Translations under genes and position numbers: made by a program
The notes under the pieces: generated by a model
Seen by the model: the letters and a program-made list of their open reading frames with translations, nothing else
Told to the model about the DNA's origin: nothing
The model's database searches: none
Assembly: GCA_017541205.1 (NCBI GenBank)
Contig: JAFXZO010000082.1
Location: 3,248-67,247 of the forward strand
Reading direction: 5' to 3'
Length of the DNA stretch: 64,000 bases
DNA from: Clostridia bacterium
GTDB taxonomy: Bacteria > Bacillota > Clostridia > Christensenellales > Aristaeellaceae
Shown: positions 39,892 through 49,478 of the stretch, piece after piece
How the letters are laid out: every line of letters starts with the position of its first letter
Position numbering within the stretch: position 1 is the stretch's first letter

Positions 39892-40298
39892 AAGAGGGCA
39901 AACCAAATCCGTTTTTGCGTTTCCTGATCGCGTTTTTTTCCGGCGCGGCGGCCGGCGTGCTGATCGCCCTGCTCCGCGGCCTTGGCGGCGGCAAAACGGC
40001 GCAGCAAAACGCGGCGCTGCTCAGCGACGGTTTTTTCGTGGCGGGCGTGATGCTCGCGGGCGTTGGCGCGCTGCTTCTCATCTCCGGCAAGACGGATTTT
40101 TTTGACATGTTCGCCTACGGCTTCAAGAGCCTGGCCGTTCTGTTTACCCCCTTCAAGAATCCTGGAAAGCATCCGCGGTTTTACGAATACAAAAAGCAGC
40201 GTCAGGAAAAACGCAAGGCCCCGCCGCCCTTCCTGCTCTTCGCCGGGCTTGCGCTGATCCTGGCCGCTGCTTTATTGCTGCCGTTCTGCGGGCTGTAA
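39888..40298 (+). CDS. DUF3899-like small membrane protein
   Basis: 136 aa with three hydrophobic helices. ATGA overlap with the OppF-like gene. Confidence 0.6.
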   Translation: MKEGKPNPFLRFLIAFFSGAAAGVLIALLRGLGGGKTAQQNAALLSDGFFVAGVMLAGVGALLLISGKTDFFDMFAYGFKSLAVLFTPFKNPGKHPRFYEYKKQRQEKRKAPPPFLLFAGLALILAAALLLPFCGL

Positions 40299-40312
40299 GC
40301 GAGGGGGAAAGC

Positions 40313-41191
40313 ATGTACGTTTCTTCGTTTTTTTTCCCCACGGAGGATGAGGAATGGGCAAGGCGGCTTTCGCTCAAGGAGACGTGCTACCAGAGCATGT
40401 ACCCGTATTTTGTGCTTTCCAAGGCGGGCCTGACGGAGATCATCTTCCGGCCCGTCACCATTCTTTACGGCGGCAACGGCAGCGGAAAGAGCACGGCGCT
40501 CAACGTGATCGCCGAAAAGCTGCGCCTCAGGCGCTCCAGCGCCTATAACCGCTCCAGCTTCTTTGAAGAATATGTGGATCGGTGTGAGGCGAATCTGGAG
40601 GAGGCCGTTCCCCCGGAAAGCCGCATCATCACCAGCGACGACGTGTTCGATATGATGCTGAACATCCGCAGCGTGAACGAAGGCATCGACCGCAGGCGCG
40701 AGGAAATCATCGAAGAATACTATCAGCTTCGGGGGGAAAAATTCACCCTGCGCTCCATGGCGGATTATGAACGCCTGCACCGCGTCAACCAGGCCCGGAG
40801 CAAAACCAAGAGCCGCTTCGCGGACCAGGAAACGGGCCGGAATATCCGCGAGCGGTCCAACGGCGAAAGCGCCATGATGTATTTTCGGCAGCAGATCGAA
40901 AACGATACCCTGTGCCTGCTGGATGAACCGGAAAACAGCCTGAGCCCGGAAAACACGCTGCTCCTGGCGGATTTCCTCCGGGAAGGCGTGCGCTACTGCG
41001 GGTGCCAATTGGTCATCAGCACGCATTCGCCCTTCCTGCTCGCCCTGCCCGGCGCCAAGATCATCGACCTGGACCATGGCGCCCGCATCGTGAACAGCTG
41101 GACGCAATTGAGCAACCCGCGCACATATTACGAATTCTTCAAACAGCACGCGAATGAATTCGAGTACGGCGCGGGCGACGAAAGCGATTGA
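40313..41191 (+). CDS. AAA/ABC-like ATPase (stand-alone)
   Basis: Walker A GGNGSGKST, Walker B LLDEPENSLSP, ..ISTHSPFLL.. Confidence 0.7.
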   Translation: MYVSSFFFPTEDEEWARRLSLKETCYQSMYPYFVLSKAGLTEIIFRPVTILYGGNGSGKSTALNVIAEKLRLRRSSAYNRSSFFEEYVDRCEANLEEAVPPESRIITSDDVFDMMLNIRSVNEGIDRRREEIIEEYYQLRGEKFTLRSMADYERLHRVNQARSKTKSRFADQETGRNIRERSNGESAMMYFRQQIENDTLCLLDEPENSLSPENTLLLADFLREGVRYCGCQLVISTHSPFLLALPGAKIIDLDHGARIVNSWTQLSNPRTYYEFFKQHANEFEYGAGDESD

Positions 41192-41196
41192 TCTGA

Positions 41197-41232
41197 GGGG
41201 GGAGGCTCACGAGCCTCCCTCTGTTTTGTTTA
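41197..41232 (+). terminator. Intrinsic terminator between convergent genes
   Basis: GGGAGGCT-cacg-AGCCTCCC (41200-41219) followed by TCTGTTTTGTTT. Confidence 0.6.
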
Positions 41233-42102
41233 TTCGATGAATCCCATCACGTCCACGATCCGCTGGCCCGCGCCGTAGATCAGCTTCAGGGTCTTTTTGC
41301 CCTGCAAACGACGGAATAGCGCGGAGGACGGGCCGCCGTCCAGATCGTAGATCCACTGCGGAGAAAACTCGCCCATCAGGAATTCGTTGGCTTCGATCAG
41401 CGTCAGGCCGTGGGAGGAGGTAGCGGTGAGGATCAGGTAGGCATTCTCTTCGCTCAATTTGCAGATGATGGTGCGGATGGCGCGGCGGTTGGCAAAGGCC
41501 CAGTCATGGTCCAGCAGGTCCACGCCGTTCTCCGCCATGGGGCAGCCCTCGTAGAACGACCAGGTCTGCAATGGTTCATGGCGCAGCACCTCTTCGTTGT
41601 CCTCGCCGTGGTACATGTGCAGGCCGTCCGCTTCGAGGGTCAGGCCGTAAAACGGGACGCCCTCTAAGTTTCGGTATATTTCTCCGTCCACCACCGTGAG
41701 CGAGCCCAGGGGCGTGTAATAATAATCCGCGCTCGTGCCGGGGTATTCGTCCGGGATCTCGGGATAGGTGGGGCTCACATAGCCGCTGCCGTTGACGACG
41801 ATCGCCGCGCCCTTGATCTTGTCCGCAAGCTCCTGCGCGCCGGCCAGGGACTTATGCCAGGGCGAAATGGCTTTTTTGATCTGCCGCGCCGGATCGGCGA
41901 TCCAGAGCCTGGTAAGATAGCAGACGGTCCCGTTCACCTTGCAGCTCGTCAGCGTATAGGTCAATGTCTCGCTTTCATAGCGGGCCATTTCTTTTTGGCC
42001 GGTATAGGTATATTCTGCCGCCTGCTCGGCAAGGCCCGCGATGGGCAAAAGGCATAAAAGCAGCAGCGCGCTCAGCGCCCGGATGAAGCTCCGCGTCATC
42101 AT
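41230..42102 (-). CDS. Secreted phosphodiester glycosidase-family (DUF2233/NAGPA-like) protein
   Basis: Signal peptide, ..VVNGSGY.. and C-terminal ..DLDGGPSSAL.. motif. Confidence 0.7.
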   Translation of the reverse strand: MMTRSFIRALSALLLLCLLPIAGLAEQAAEYTYTGQKEMARYESETLTYTLTSCKVNGTVCYLTRLWIADPARQIKKAISPWHKSLAGAQELADKIKGAAIVVNGSGYVSPTYPEIPDEYPGTSADYYYTPLGSLTVVDGEIYRNLEGVPFYGLTLEADGLHMYHGEDNEEVLRHEPLQTWSFYEGCPMAENGVDLLDHDWAFANRRAIRTIICKLSEENAYLILTATSSHGLTLIEANEFLMGEFSPQWIYDLDGGPSSALFRRLQGKKTLKLIYGAGQRIVDVMGFIE

Positions 42103-42134
42103 TGTCCCTCCCGTCGATTCTTTCTGTGTAATTG

Positions 42135-42295
42135 ATACTAAAGCCCATCTAAAAGCTTGAATCTTCGGGCGTGTTTTCCGCCCTGGCGTCGCTTCACTCC
42201 GGTCAACGTAGCGCTGCTACGTCTCCCTTCGTTCAGCTTAGCCAGGACGAAAAACCCATCCCGAATCTTTCAATCTTTTAGAAGGTCTTTAGTAT
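42135..42295. repeat. 161-nt long imperfect palindrome (MITE-like element or structured RNA)
   Basis: ATACTAAAG..CTAAAAGCTTGAA..CTTCGGG..CCCTGGC (left) pairs with GCCAGG..CCCGAAT..TTCAATCTTTTAG..CTTTAGTAT (right). A central ACGTAGC-gct-GCTACGT hairpin is present. Confidence 0.7.
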
Positions 42296-42532
42296 GATTC
42301 GCAAGGCAGGCGGTTTTTCCTTCCTGCGGACGGGATTTTCCGTAAATTTCCCGGACGGGTGTCTTCCTGCCGCGCGGAGGGCAGGAACGGGCGGATATGT
42401 CCTAAATGGTTACCATTCATCCAAAAACAAACATTGTATTCAATGGTTTCCTGTGATATGATAAGTTTTGTGTGGGATTATTTTCCTACGCTTGATATGA
42501 AGTGCGCAGCGTGCGCGAAAGGAAGAGTCAGG

Positions 42533-42760
42533 ATGAAAAAGGTTATTTGCAAAGTGGAATACGATACCGAAGCCGCCGAACTGATCCAGAAGAAAACCTT
42601 CGGCTACTACGGCGATCCCGCTGGCTATGAAGAGTGCCTGTTCAAGACCCAGGACGGCAAGCTGTTCCTGTATGGCGCGGGCGGCTCTGAATCCCCCTAT
42701 GCGGAAGAAACCATCAAGCGTATTTCCGCCGCCAAGGCCGAAGAATGGCAGAAGGCGTAA
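42533..42760 (+). CDS. Hypothetical small protein (75 aa)
   Basis: MKKVICKVEYDTEAAELIQKK.. with an AGGAAG RBS and a terminator downstream. I recognised no family. Confidence 0.5.
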   Translation: MKKVICKVEYDTEAAELIQKKTFGYYGDPAGYEECLFKTQDGKLFLYGAGGSESPYAEETIKRISAAKAEEWQKA

Positions 42761-42787
42761 GCTTTCCCCAGAACGCGTCGGCAGCAG

Positions 42788-42839
42788 CATCCCGTTGGCA
42801 AGACCGCTTCGGTCCCGCCGGCGGGATGTTCATTTTTTT
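42788..42839 (+). terminator. Putative intrinsic terminator
   Basis: CATCCCG (42788-42794) pairs with CGGGATG (42822-42828), with inner GC hairpins, followed by TTCATTTTTTT. Confidence 0.5.
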
Positions 42840-43001
42840 GGGAAACGGAAGCGGACGCCTCCTCCCTGGTAAAAATTTTTCCGTTTCATCCAAATTGGCA
42901 GGAATTTAACATTTTCCGTCGAATACCTGCATCAGAAACAAAAGAGATGAAAAAAGAAAACCGGAGGGCTCCGGCGATATAACGAGAGAGGAGTTGTTCC
43001 T

Positions 43002-43541
43002 ATGAAGACCACCATCACTGCCAAGAACATGGTTGTGACCCCTGGCATTTCCAACCGGATCATGAAAAAGACCTCCACCATGGAGCGGTATTTGAAGCCG
43101 GACACGGAAATGATCGTCCGCCTGCGCAGGGAGCGGGACGAACGCATCTGCGAAATCACCGTTCCCATGAACGGGGTTACGATGCGCGCGGAATCCTCCA
43201 GCCGGGATAACCTGTTCATGGCCATCGACAGCGCCCTGGCCAAGCTGGAGCGCCAGATCCTGCGCCACCGCACGAAGCTCGAAAAACGGCTGCGTGAAGG
43301 CGCATACAAGGAGGAAACCCCCGAATATATCGAAGACATTTCCGCTTATGGCACCGGCGAACGCCAGATCGTGCGCACCAAGGAATTCCCCGTGCGCCCC
43401 ATGGCCGTGGAGGACGCGATTTTGCAGATGGAACTGCTGGGCCATAGCTTCTTCGTCTTCGTCAATATCGAAACCGAACGCACCAACGTGCTGTACCTGC
43501 GCAAGGACGGCAATTTGGGCTTAATGGTGCCGGAAGCCTGA
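43002..43541 (+). CDS. hpf: Ribosome hibernation-promoting factor, long form
   Basis: 179 aa. The N-terminal sigma-54-modulation/RaiA fold (MKTTITAKNMVVTPGI..) is followed by the C-terminal dimerisation domain (..RTKEFPVRPMAVEDAILQMELLGHSFFVFVN..). Confidence 0.9.
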   Translation: MKTTITAKNMVVTPGISNRIMKKTSTMERYLKPDTEMIVRLRRERDERICEITVPMNGVTMRAESSSRDNLFMAIDSALAKLERQILRHRTKLEKRLREGAYKEETPEYIEDISAYGTGERQIVRTKEFPVRPMAVEDAILQMELLGHSFFVFVNIETERTNVLYLRKDGNLGLMVPEA

Positions 43542-43561
43542 TGTTTTTATCGCGTATGCAG

Positions 43562-43596
43562 CGGGGGCAGGATCCGTTTCCTGCCCCCGTTTTTTA
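43562..43596 (+). terminator. Intrinsic terminator after hpf
   Basis: CGGGGGCAGG (43562-43571) pairs with CCTGCCCCCG (43580-43589), followed by TTTTTT. Confidence 0.7.
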
Positions 43597-43606
43597 TAGG
43601 CCGTAT

Positions 43607-44047
43607 TTATTCCGTTGGGCACCCCTGATACTTTTTTACCAGGGCGGCCGTCAGCGCCCAGAATGCTTCGTCGTTCCCGATGGCGTAATTCTTCATGCCG
43701 CCGATTTCCAGCCAATGTGCGTCAAAGCAGACGTTGAAATGGCTTCCGTCGGAGAGGAAGAACACGATCTGCGGATACCAATCCGTGATAAAGGTGCCGA
43801 CCTCTTCCAGGAGCGTGATTTGGCTGAGCGCTTCCCACAGCAGGGCGATTTCCGTTTCATCCTCCGTGGTGAATTCGCTGATCGAAAAGCCGTAGCCGTC
43901 GGTGTAGAAAACGCGGTCGATCGTAACGCCCCGGTCAAGCAGCGCCTGCGTTTCATCAAGCTTCGTCAAAGACGGGAACGTTTCCTCCGCGCCGGCGATC
44001 GACATGCACAGCATGAGCACGGCGGCAATGGAAAGCAGTTTTTTCAT
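43607..44047 (-). CDS. Hypothetical secreted protein (146 aa)
   Basis: Signal peptide MKKLLSIAAVLMLCMSIAGA. Acidic body, family not recognised. Confidence 0.55.
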   Translation of the reverse strand: MKKLLSIAAVLMLCMSIAGAEETFPSLTKLDETQALLDRGVTIDRVFYTDGYGFSISEFTTEDETEIALLWEALSQITLLEEVGTFITDWYPQIVFFLSDGSHFNVCFDAHWLEIGGMKNYAIGNDEAFWALTAALVKKYQGCPTE

Positions 44048-44134
44048 AAGACCCGGACCCCCTTCGTAAAAATCATTCTTCGTTCTGCCTGATTAGACGA
44101 AGGGCGGAGGAAAAAGTTCCATGGGGAGGAAAAC

Positions 44135-45316
44135 TTATTTGCCGCGCCTGCCGTGGCCGTTGTTTGCGCCCCCGAAACCGTTGGGGGTCGCGCCGGTGGC
44201 TGTGTCCCAGCCGCCGCGGCCGCCGCCCATCATCTGGTTGGGGATGTAGGAAATCTGCTGGCCGTTGGCGATGATGGTGCCGCCGTTGTACTGCGCGCTG
44301 CCGTCATAGTCAAAGGTGCTGTTGCCGTTGACGCGGATGGTGCCGCCGTTGACGATGATGCTGCCGTTGGAATCGACGCCGTCGGTATCGCCGCTGCTCA
44401 TGTTCACGGTGATGTCGCCGCCGTTGATCTCCACGGTGGGCGTGTAGGCGCTGGACTTGCGGGCGGCGTTGATGCCGTCGTCGTTGCTTTGGATATTGAT
44501 GGTGCCGCCGTTGATCTGCACATAGGTGCCTTCGATGCCTTCCTTGGCCTGGATGGTGAAGGAGCCGCCGTCGATCTGGACGACGCTGTTGGCGTGGATG
44601 CCGTCGTCGCCCGCCTGAATGTCGAAGACGCCGCCGCCGATATAGATATAGCCCAGGGTATCGTCTTCGCTGTTTTCGGCGTGCAGGCCGTCCGTGCCCG
44701 CGGTCAGGGTAAAGGCGCCATCCGCGATCCGGATGGAATCGTTCGCTTCAACGGCTTTGGATTTTGCGTTTATCACATAGGTCCCGCCGGTGATTTTGAG
44801 GTCGTCCTTGCACACGATGCCGTTATCCGAGGAGGAAATGGTCAGCGCCGCGCTGCCGTTCAGGGTCATATCCGATTTGGAGAAAATGACGCCGTCCAGC
44901 TTGACGCTTCCATCCGCCTGGAACGCGCCGGTGACGGAAAGGCTGCTGTCGCCGCTCACCGTCACGAAGACCTTGTCCGCGGACTGCACGTAGATGACGG
45001 GGGCGGACGCGTTGGCGACGGTCAGGCCGTCCAGCACGAGCTGCACCTTGGCGTCCTTGTCCGCTTCCACGTACACGGTCACGTCGGAGGCCGTGCCGCT
45101 GAGCACATAGACGCCCGCTTCGGCAATGTGAATGTCCTCGCCGTCGGAAACGGTATAGGCGGCCGCTTCGCTCAGGTCCGCCGTCTGCGTTAAGTCTCTG
45201 GAGGAAAACAGGTCGTCTCCGGAGTAAACGGGGGTCCCCGTTTGGGCCATGGTACTGGCCGCAAATACCATAAGGAGCGCAAGCGCTAACGCGAGTACGT
45301 TGAAGAATCGTTTCAT
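44135..45316 (-). CDS. Secreted beta-helix protein of the Cthe_2159-like carbohydrate-binding family
   Basis: Signal peptide, then repeated ..DGI.A......I.GG.. units (e.g. GDDGIHANSVVQIDGGSF, NDDGINAA) and a Gly-rich tail. Confidence 0.7.
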   Translation of the reverse strand: MKRFFNVLALALALLMVFAASTMAQTGTPVYSGDDLFSSRDLTQTADLSEAAAYTVSDGEDIHIAEAGVYVLSGTASDVTVYVEADKDAKVQLVLDGLTVANASAPVIYVQSADKVFVTVSGDSSLSVTGAFQADGSVKLDGVIFSKSDMTLNGSAALTISSSDNGIVCKDDLKITGGTYVINAKSKAVEANDSIRIADGAFTLTAGTDGLHAENSEDDTLGYIYIGGGVFDIQAGDDGIHANSVVQIDGGSFTIQAKEGIEGTYVQINGGTINIQSNDDGINAARKSSAYTPTVEINGGDITVNMSSGDTDGVDSNGSIIVNGGTIRVNGNSTFDYDGSAQYNGGTIIANGQQISYIPNQMMGGGRGGWDTATGATPNGFGGANNGHGRRGK

Positions 45317-45505
45317 TTCGTAACACCTTCCTTTCTTGGTTACGGCCTTAGCGTAAACCGGGAGGCTTAAAGATACCTTAATGCCTCAAAATCTTTTATT
45401 CTTTTTTCTAAAGCCCGCGCAATCGGGGAAAACGCTTGCTTTCAGGCCTGTTTTGTGATATGTTTTTCCTGTTTCTTTTATGCTGTGGAAAGGAGGCGCG
45501 GGGAG

Positions 45506-46897
45506 ATGCGGAACAAAGAGCTGGAAATGGCCGGCAGGGTCGCGCTTAAGGTGCGCGAAGCGGGCGGCCGCACGTTTTTCGTGGGCGGCTATGTACGGGA
45601 CCGGCTGCTGGGCCGGGAAAACAAGGACATTGATATCGAAGTGCACGGCATAACGCCCGACGCCCTTGCCGCCATCCTGGATACCCTGGGCGAACGCACC
45701 GAAATGGGCGCAAGCTTTGGCATCATGGGCCTTCGCCACTGCGATTTGGACATTGCCATGCCGCGCAAGGAAAAGGCGACGGGCCGCGGGCACAAGGATT
45801 TCGATGTGAGCGTCGATCCCTTCATCGGCCCGCGCGGCGCCGCCATCCGCAGGGATTTTACCATCAACGCGCTCATGCAGGACGTTTTGACCGGCGAGAT
45901 CCTGGACTTTTTCGGCGGGCGGGAGGATCTGAAGCAAGGGCTGATCCGCCACGTAAACGATGAAACCTTCCAGGAAGACCCGCTGCGCGTGCTGCGCGGC
46001 GCGCAGTTTGCCGCGCGCTTCGGCTTCCGCATCGCGCCGGACACGGTTTCCCTTTCCAAATCGATGCATTTGGACGCGCTGTCTAACGAGCGCATCATGG
46101 GCGAAACGGAAAAAGCGCTGCTCAAAGCCCCCGCGCCTTCCGTGTTTTTCGAGGAACTCAGGAAAATGGAGCAGCTTTCCTTCTGGTATCCGGAGGTGGA
46201 AGCGCTGATCGGCGTGCCCCAGGAACCGGAATACCACCCGGAGGGCGACGCGTGGGCGCACACCATGCAGGTCGTGGACGAAGCCGCGCTGCTCAAAGAC
46301 CGTACCGCGCATCCCCTCTGGTTCATGCTCACCGCCCTGTGCCATGACCTGGGCAAAGCGCAGGCGACCGAGATCCTGCGCGGCCATATCCACGCCTATG
46401 GCCATGACACCCTTTCGCTGCCCCCGGCCCAAAAGCTGATAAGACGCCTGACCGCGGAAGTGGAGCTGCTCAAATACGTGCTGAACCTGACAAAGCTGCA
46501 CATGGAGCCGGACCTCAAAATCAGGATGGGCAGCGGCAGGAAGGCCTTCATGCACATGTACGACCAGGCCGTTGCCCCGGAGGACCTTTTGCTCCTCTCC
46601 AAGGCCGATCACCTGGGCAAGAAAGCGCCGGGCGATCCTCAGGCCAGGGAAAAGCTGCTCAAAAGCTGGGAGGGAAAGGAAAAGCGGCTGTACGAAATGC
46701 TGCGCCTGTACCAGGAATACATGTCCCGCCCCGGCGTTCGCGGGCAGGATCTGCTGGACGCGGGCTTGAAACCCGGGCCCCAGTTTTCCCTGGGCCTTTC
46801 CTACGCGCATAAGCTGCGCCTGGCGGGCGTCGAAAGGGAAAGCGCCCTGCGGCAGACGCTGACCTATCTGAACCGGATGAACAAAAAAAAGAGGTGA
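45506..46897 (+). CDS. cca: CCA-adding tRNA nucleotidyltransferase with HD domain
   Basis: Start at MRNKELEMAGR. GGYVRDRLLGRENKDIDIEV, RRDFTINAL and ..DPLRVLRGAQFAARFGF.. head-domain motifs. A downstream HD region (LCHDLGK) is present. Confidence 0.8.
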   Translation: MRNKELEMAGRVALKVREAGGRTFFVGGYVRDRLLGRENKDIDIEVHGITPDALAAILDTLGERTEMGASFGIMGLRHCDLDIAMPRKEKATGRGHKDFDVSVDPFIGPRGAAIRRDFTINALMQDVLTGEILDFFGGREDLKQGLIRHVNDETFQEDPLRVLRGAQFAARFGFRIAPDTVSLSKSMHLDALSNERIMGETEKALLKAPAPSVFFEELRKMEQLSFWYPEVEALIGVPQEPEYHPEGDAWAHTMQVVDEAALLKDRTAHPLWFMLTALCHDLGKAQATEILRGHIHAYGHDTLSLPPAQKLIRRLTAEVELLKYVLNLTKLHMEPDLKIRMGSGRKAFMHMYDQAVAPEDLLLLSKADHLGKKAPGDPQAREKLLKSWEGKEKRLYEMLRLYQEYMSRPGVRGQDLLDAGLKPGPQFSLGLSYAHKLRLAGVERESALRQTLTYLNRMNKKKR

Positions 46898-46903
46898 AGC
46901 ACC

Positions 46904-47827
46904 TTGCTCGATATCACTTTATTGGGCACGGCGGCCCTTTTTCCCCTGCCGGAGAGGGCCCTGACCGCAGCCGCGCTCGAATGCGCCGGCCGCGTCCTGC
47001 TGTTTGACTGCGGCGAGGGCACGCAGGCTGCCGCGCGCGGGGCGCATGTGAGCCTGATGAAAGCCGACGTGATCGCCCTCACGCATTACCATGGCGACCA
47101 TATTTTCGGCCTGCCGGGCCTCATGCAGACGATGACCTGCATGGGCCGCACCGACCCGCTGTACCTGTGCGGGCCGCAGGGACTGGAGCAGGCCATGGGC
47201 CCGATCCTGCAGCTGGCGGGGTGGCAAAGCTATGATGTCCGGCTGCTGACGCTGCCCAAGGAGGGCGTCCGCCTTGCGGAGCTCATGCCCCTTTGGCCCG
47301 TGGAGGCCAGGCTTTCCGCCTTTCCCACCGAGCACCGGGTGCCGAGCCAGGGCTATTGCTTTTCGCTTGGACGCGCGGGGAAATTCCTGCCCGAGAAAGC
47401 GCGGGCCCTCGGCGTGCCCATGCAGCAGTGGGCGTTTTTGCAGAAAGGGCAAACGGTGGAGGTCAACGGGCAGGCCGTTGCGCCGTCTCAGGTGCTCGGG
47501 CCGGAACGCAAGGGCCTGAAGGTCGTCTTTTCCGGGGATACGATGGCCTGCGATTCGCTGACGGACGCCGCGTTCCGCGCCGATCTTCTGATTTGCGAAG
47601 CAACGTACGGCGAAAACGAACAGGCGGCCCTGGCCATCGACCATGGGCACATGAATTTTGCCCAGGCCGCCAGAACCGCCGCGGACGCCGAAGCGCAGGA
47701 GCTGTGGCTTTGCCACTATTCCCAGATGATCGAGGACCCGGAAGCGTATCTGCCTCTGGCCCGGCAAATCTTCCCGAACGCCCAATGCGGCCGGGACGGG
47801 ATGCGCGTGACGCTCCGATTTGAATAA
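46904..47827 (+). CDS. rnz: Ribonuclease Z (metallo-beta-lactamase fold)
   Basis: TTG start with GAGGTG RBS. LDITLLGT.., LFDCGEGTQ and the HYHGDH motif. Confidence 0.8.
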   Translation: MLDITLLGTAALFPLPERALTAAALECAGRVLLFDCGEGTQAAARGAHVSLMKADVIALTHYHGDHIFGLPGLMQTMTCMGRTDPLYLCGPQGLEQAMGPILQLAGWQSYDVRLLTLPKEGVRLAELMPLWPVEARLSAFPTEHRVPSQGYCFSLGRAGKFLPEKARALGVPMQQWAFLQKGQTVEVNGQAVAPSQVLGPERKGLKVVFSGDTMACDSLTDAAFRADLLICEATYGENEQAALAIDHGHMNFAQAARTAADAEAQELWLCHYSQMIEDPEAYLPLARQIFPNAQCGRDGMRVTLRFE

Positions 47828-48011
47828 TAGTATTGTTATTTTATCAATGGGAAAAAATAGATTTCTCTGAAAGGGGCGTGGGGGAAACGTCTCTTCGGAG
47901 TCTCTTCGCACGGCCCGCGCTTCTGATCCCATCATACTGGGAGGTCAGCGCGGCAGGCGTCTAAAGCCGCCTGCCTGAAAGAGCGGTTTCCCCTACTTTT
48001 TCTTCCGTTTT

Positions 48012-49193
48012 TTACTTCGTCCCGCTATAGGAGCCTGCGGTATCGGCGAAGACGGCGACGCCGCCGGTTTTGCGGCGGGAGGTGGCGGCGCGTTTCATGA
48101 GCTCGTTATAATAGAGGTCTTCGTCGAAGGGCAATTCCACCTGCTTGCCCAGGAAGGCGGACAAGTGCATCGCGTTGGAGAGCATGAGGCCATTGATGCC
48201 TTCTTCGCCGCCCGCGACCAGGGGTTCGCCGCGCAGGATGGCCCCGGCCCAGGCCTTCAACACGCCCTGATGCTGCGGGTTCAATCCGTCCATTTCCACC
48301 TCCACCGCATGGGAGGGCACCACGCCGAAGGAGGCGGTATTGGTCTTGGTCCAATCCTGCTCCAGCTGCTCCAATTCGATCAGGAGCAGCTTTTCATTTT
48401 CGGCGATGATCTGCGCGCCGTCCATCTGCACCTCAAAGCGGTTGGAGCCGTGCGGATCGCCGGTGGAGGTGATGAAAACGCCGGTATGCCCGTCCTCATA
48501 TTCCATGAGGGTGGTCACATCGTCCTCCACCTCGATATCGTGCCACTGGCCATAGCGCATGAAGGACTGCACCTTCTTGGGCATGCCCAGGATCCACTGC
48601 CACAGGTCGAGCTGATGCGGGCACTGGTTGAGCAGCACGCCCCCGCCCTCGCCGGACCAGGTGGCGCGCCAATCGCCGCTGTCATAATAGAACTGGCTGC
48701 GGTACCAATTGGTGATGAGCCAATTGGCGCGGCGCACGCGGCCGTATTTGCCGCTCTGCACCAGCTCGCGCATTTTGCGGTAGAGGCAGTTGGTGCGCTG
48801 GTTGAACATCATGCCGAAGACGACCTCGGGGTGCTTTTTCGCCTCCTCGTTCATTTCGCGCACCTGCTTGGTGTACACGCCCGCGGGCTTTTCGCACATC
48901 ACGTGGATGCCGCGCTTCATGCATTCGACGACATATTTGGGATGGTCGTAATGCGGGATGGAAACGATGCAGGCGTCGATCAGGCCGCTGTCCAGCATTT
49001 GGACGGCGTCCTCAAAGCAGGCGACGGACGCGGGCAATTCCTGCCGGGCCCAGGTCAGGCGGGCGGGATTGATATCCGCGACGGCGGTCAAATGGATTTC
49101 CGGGCACCAGTCCTTTTCCTTGGTGAGATGCCTGGCGTAGCCGGACCCCTGATTGCCGATGCCGATGATCCCCAGACGAATGATATCAGTCAT
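48012..49193 (-). CDS. Gfo/Idh/MocA-family oxidoreductase
   Basis: N-terminal Rossmann motif LGIIGIGNQG, ..CEKP.. motif. AAAGGAG RBS. Confidence 0.85.
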   Translation of the reverse strand: MTDIIRLGIIGIGNQGSGYARHLTKEKDWCPEIHLTAVADINPARLTWARQELPASVACFEDAVQMLDSGLIDACIVSIPHYDHPKYVVECMKRGIHVMCEKPAGVYTKQVREMNEEAKKHPEVVFGMMFNQRTNCLYRKMRELVQSGKYGRVRRANWLITNWYRSQFYYDSGDWRATWSGEGGGVLLNQCPHQLDLWQWILGMPKKVQSFMRYGQWHDIEVEDDVTTLMEYEDGHTGVFITSTGDPHGSNRFEVQMDGAQIIAENEKLLLIELEQLEQDWTKTNTASFGVVPSHAVEVEMDGLNPQHQGVLKAWAGAILRGEPLVAGGEEGINGLMLSNAMHLSAFLGKQVELPFDEDLYYNELMKRAATSRRKTGGVAVFADTAGSYSGTK

Positions 49194-49293
49194 GATGAAT
49201 GATCTCCTTTGTTTCTGGTTTTATAATTGTTCTGTCGTTCTGTTGATAGATGCGTGAAGTGAGAAGCGGTATTGCAAAAACGCTATCTCTCTT

Positions 49294-49404
49294 GCGCGAA
49301 GCGCATATCGAGGAGAAGTCCTATCGAATCCGAAGGATATATCGACAAGGTTATGCGCCTTGCGGCGCTCGATATACCCTTCGGGTCCGATATGCGCTTC
49401 GCGC
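49294..49404. repeat. Hairpin-array palindromic repeat element, copy 2 (six mini-hairpin units)
   Basis: GCGCgaaGCGC-atatcga, GGAgaagTCC-tatcga, ATCCgaaGGAT-atatcga, centre CAAGGTTAT, GCGCCttgcGGCGC-tcgatat, ACCCttcGGGT-ccgatat, GCGCttcGCGC. The flanks resemble the inverted flanks of copy 1. Confidence 0.8.
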
Positions 49405-49478
49405 AGGGAGAGCTTGTGCATGTTTTATGCCTAATTCATCGTGCCTTTTTTAGCATCAACGAAACACATACGCTGGTT

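Noticed and set aside
40313-41191. Stand-alone AAA/ABC-like ATPase as part of an anti-phage defence system (Septu-, Gabija- or PARIS-like)
   Set aside because: No nuclease, TOPRIM, HNH or other effector partner is adjacent. The neighbours are a DUF3899 membrane protein and a convergent secreted glycosidase. The context looks like housekeeping or transport.
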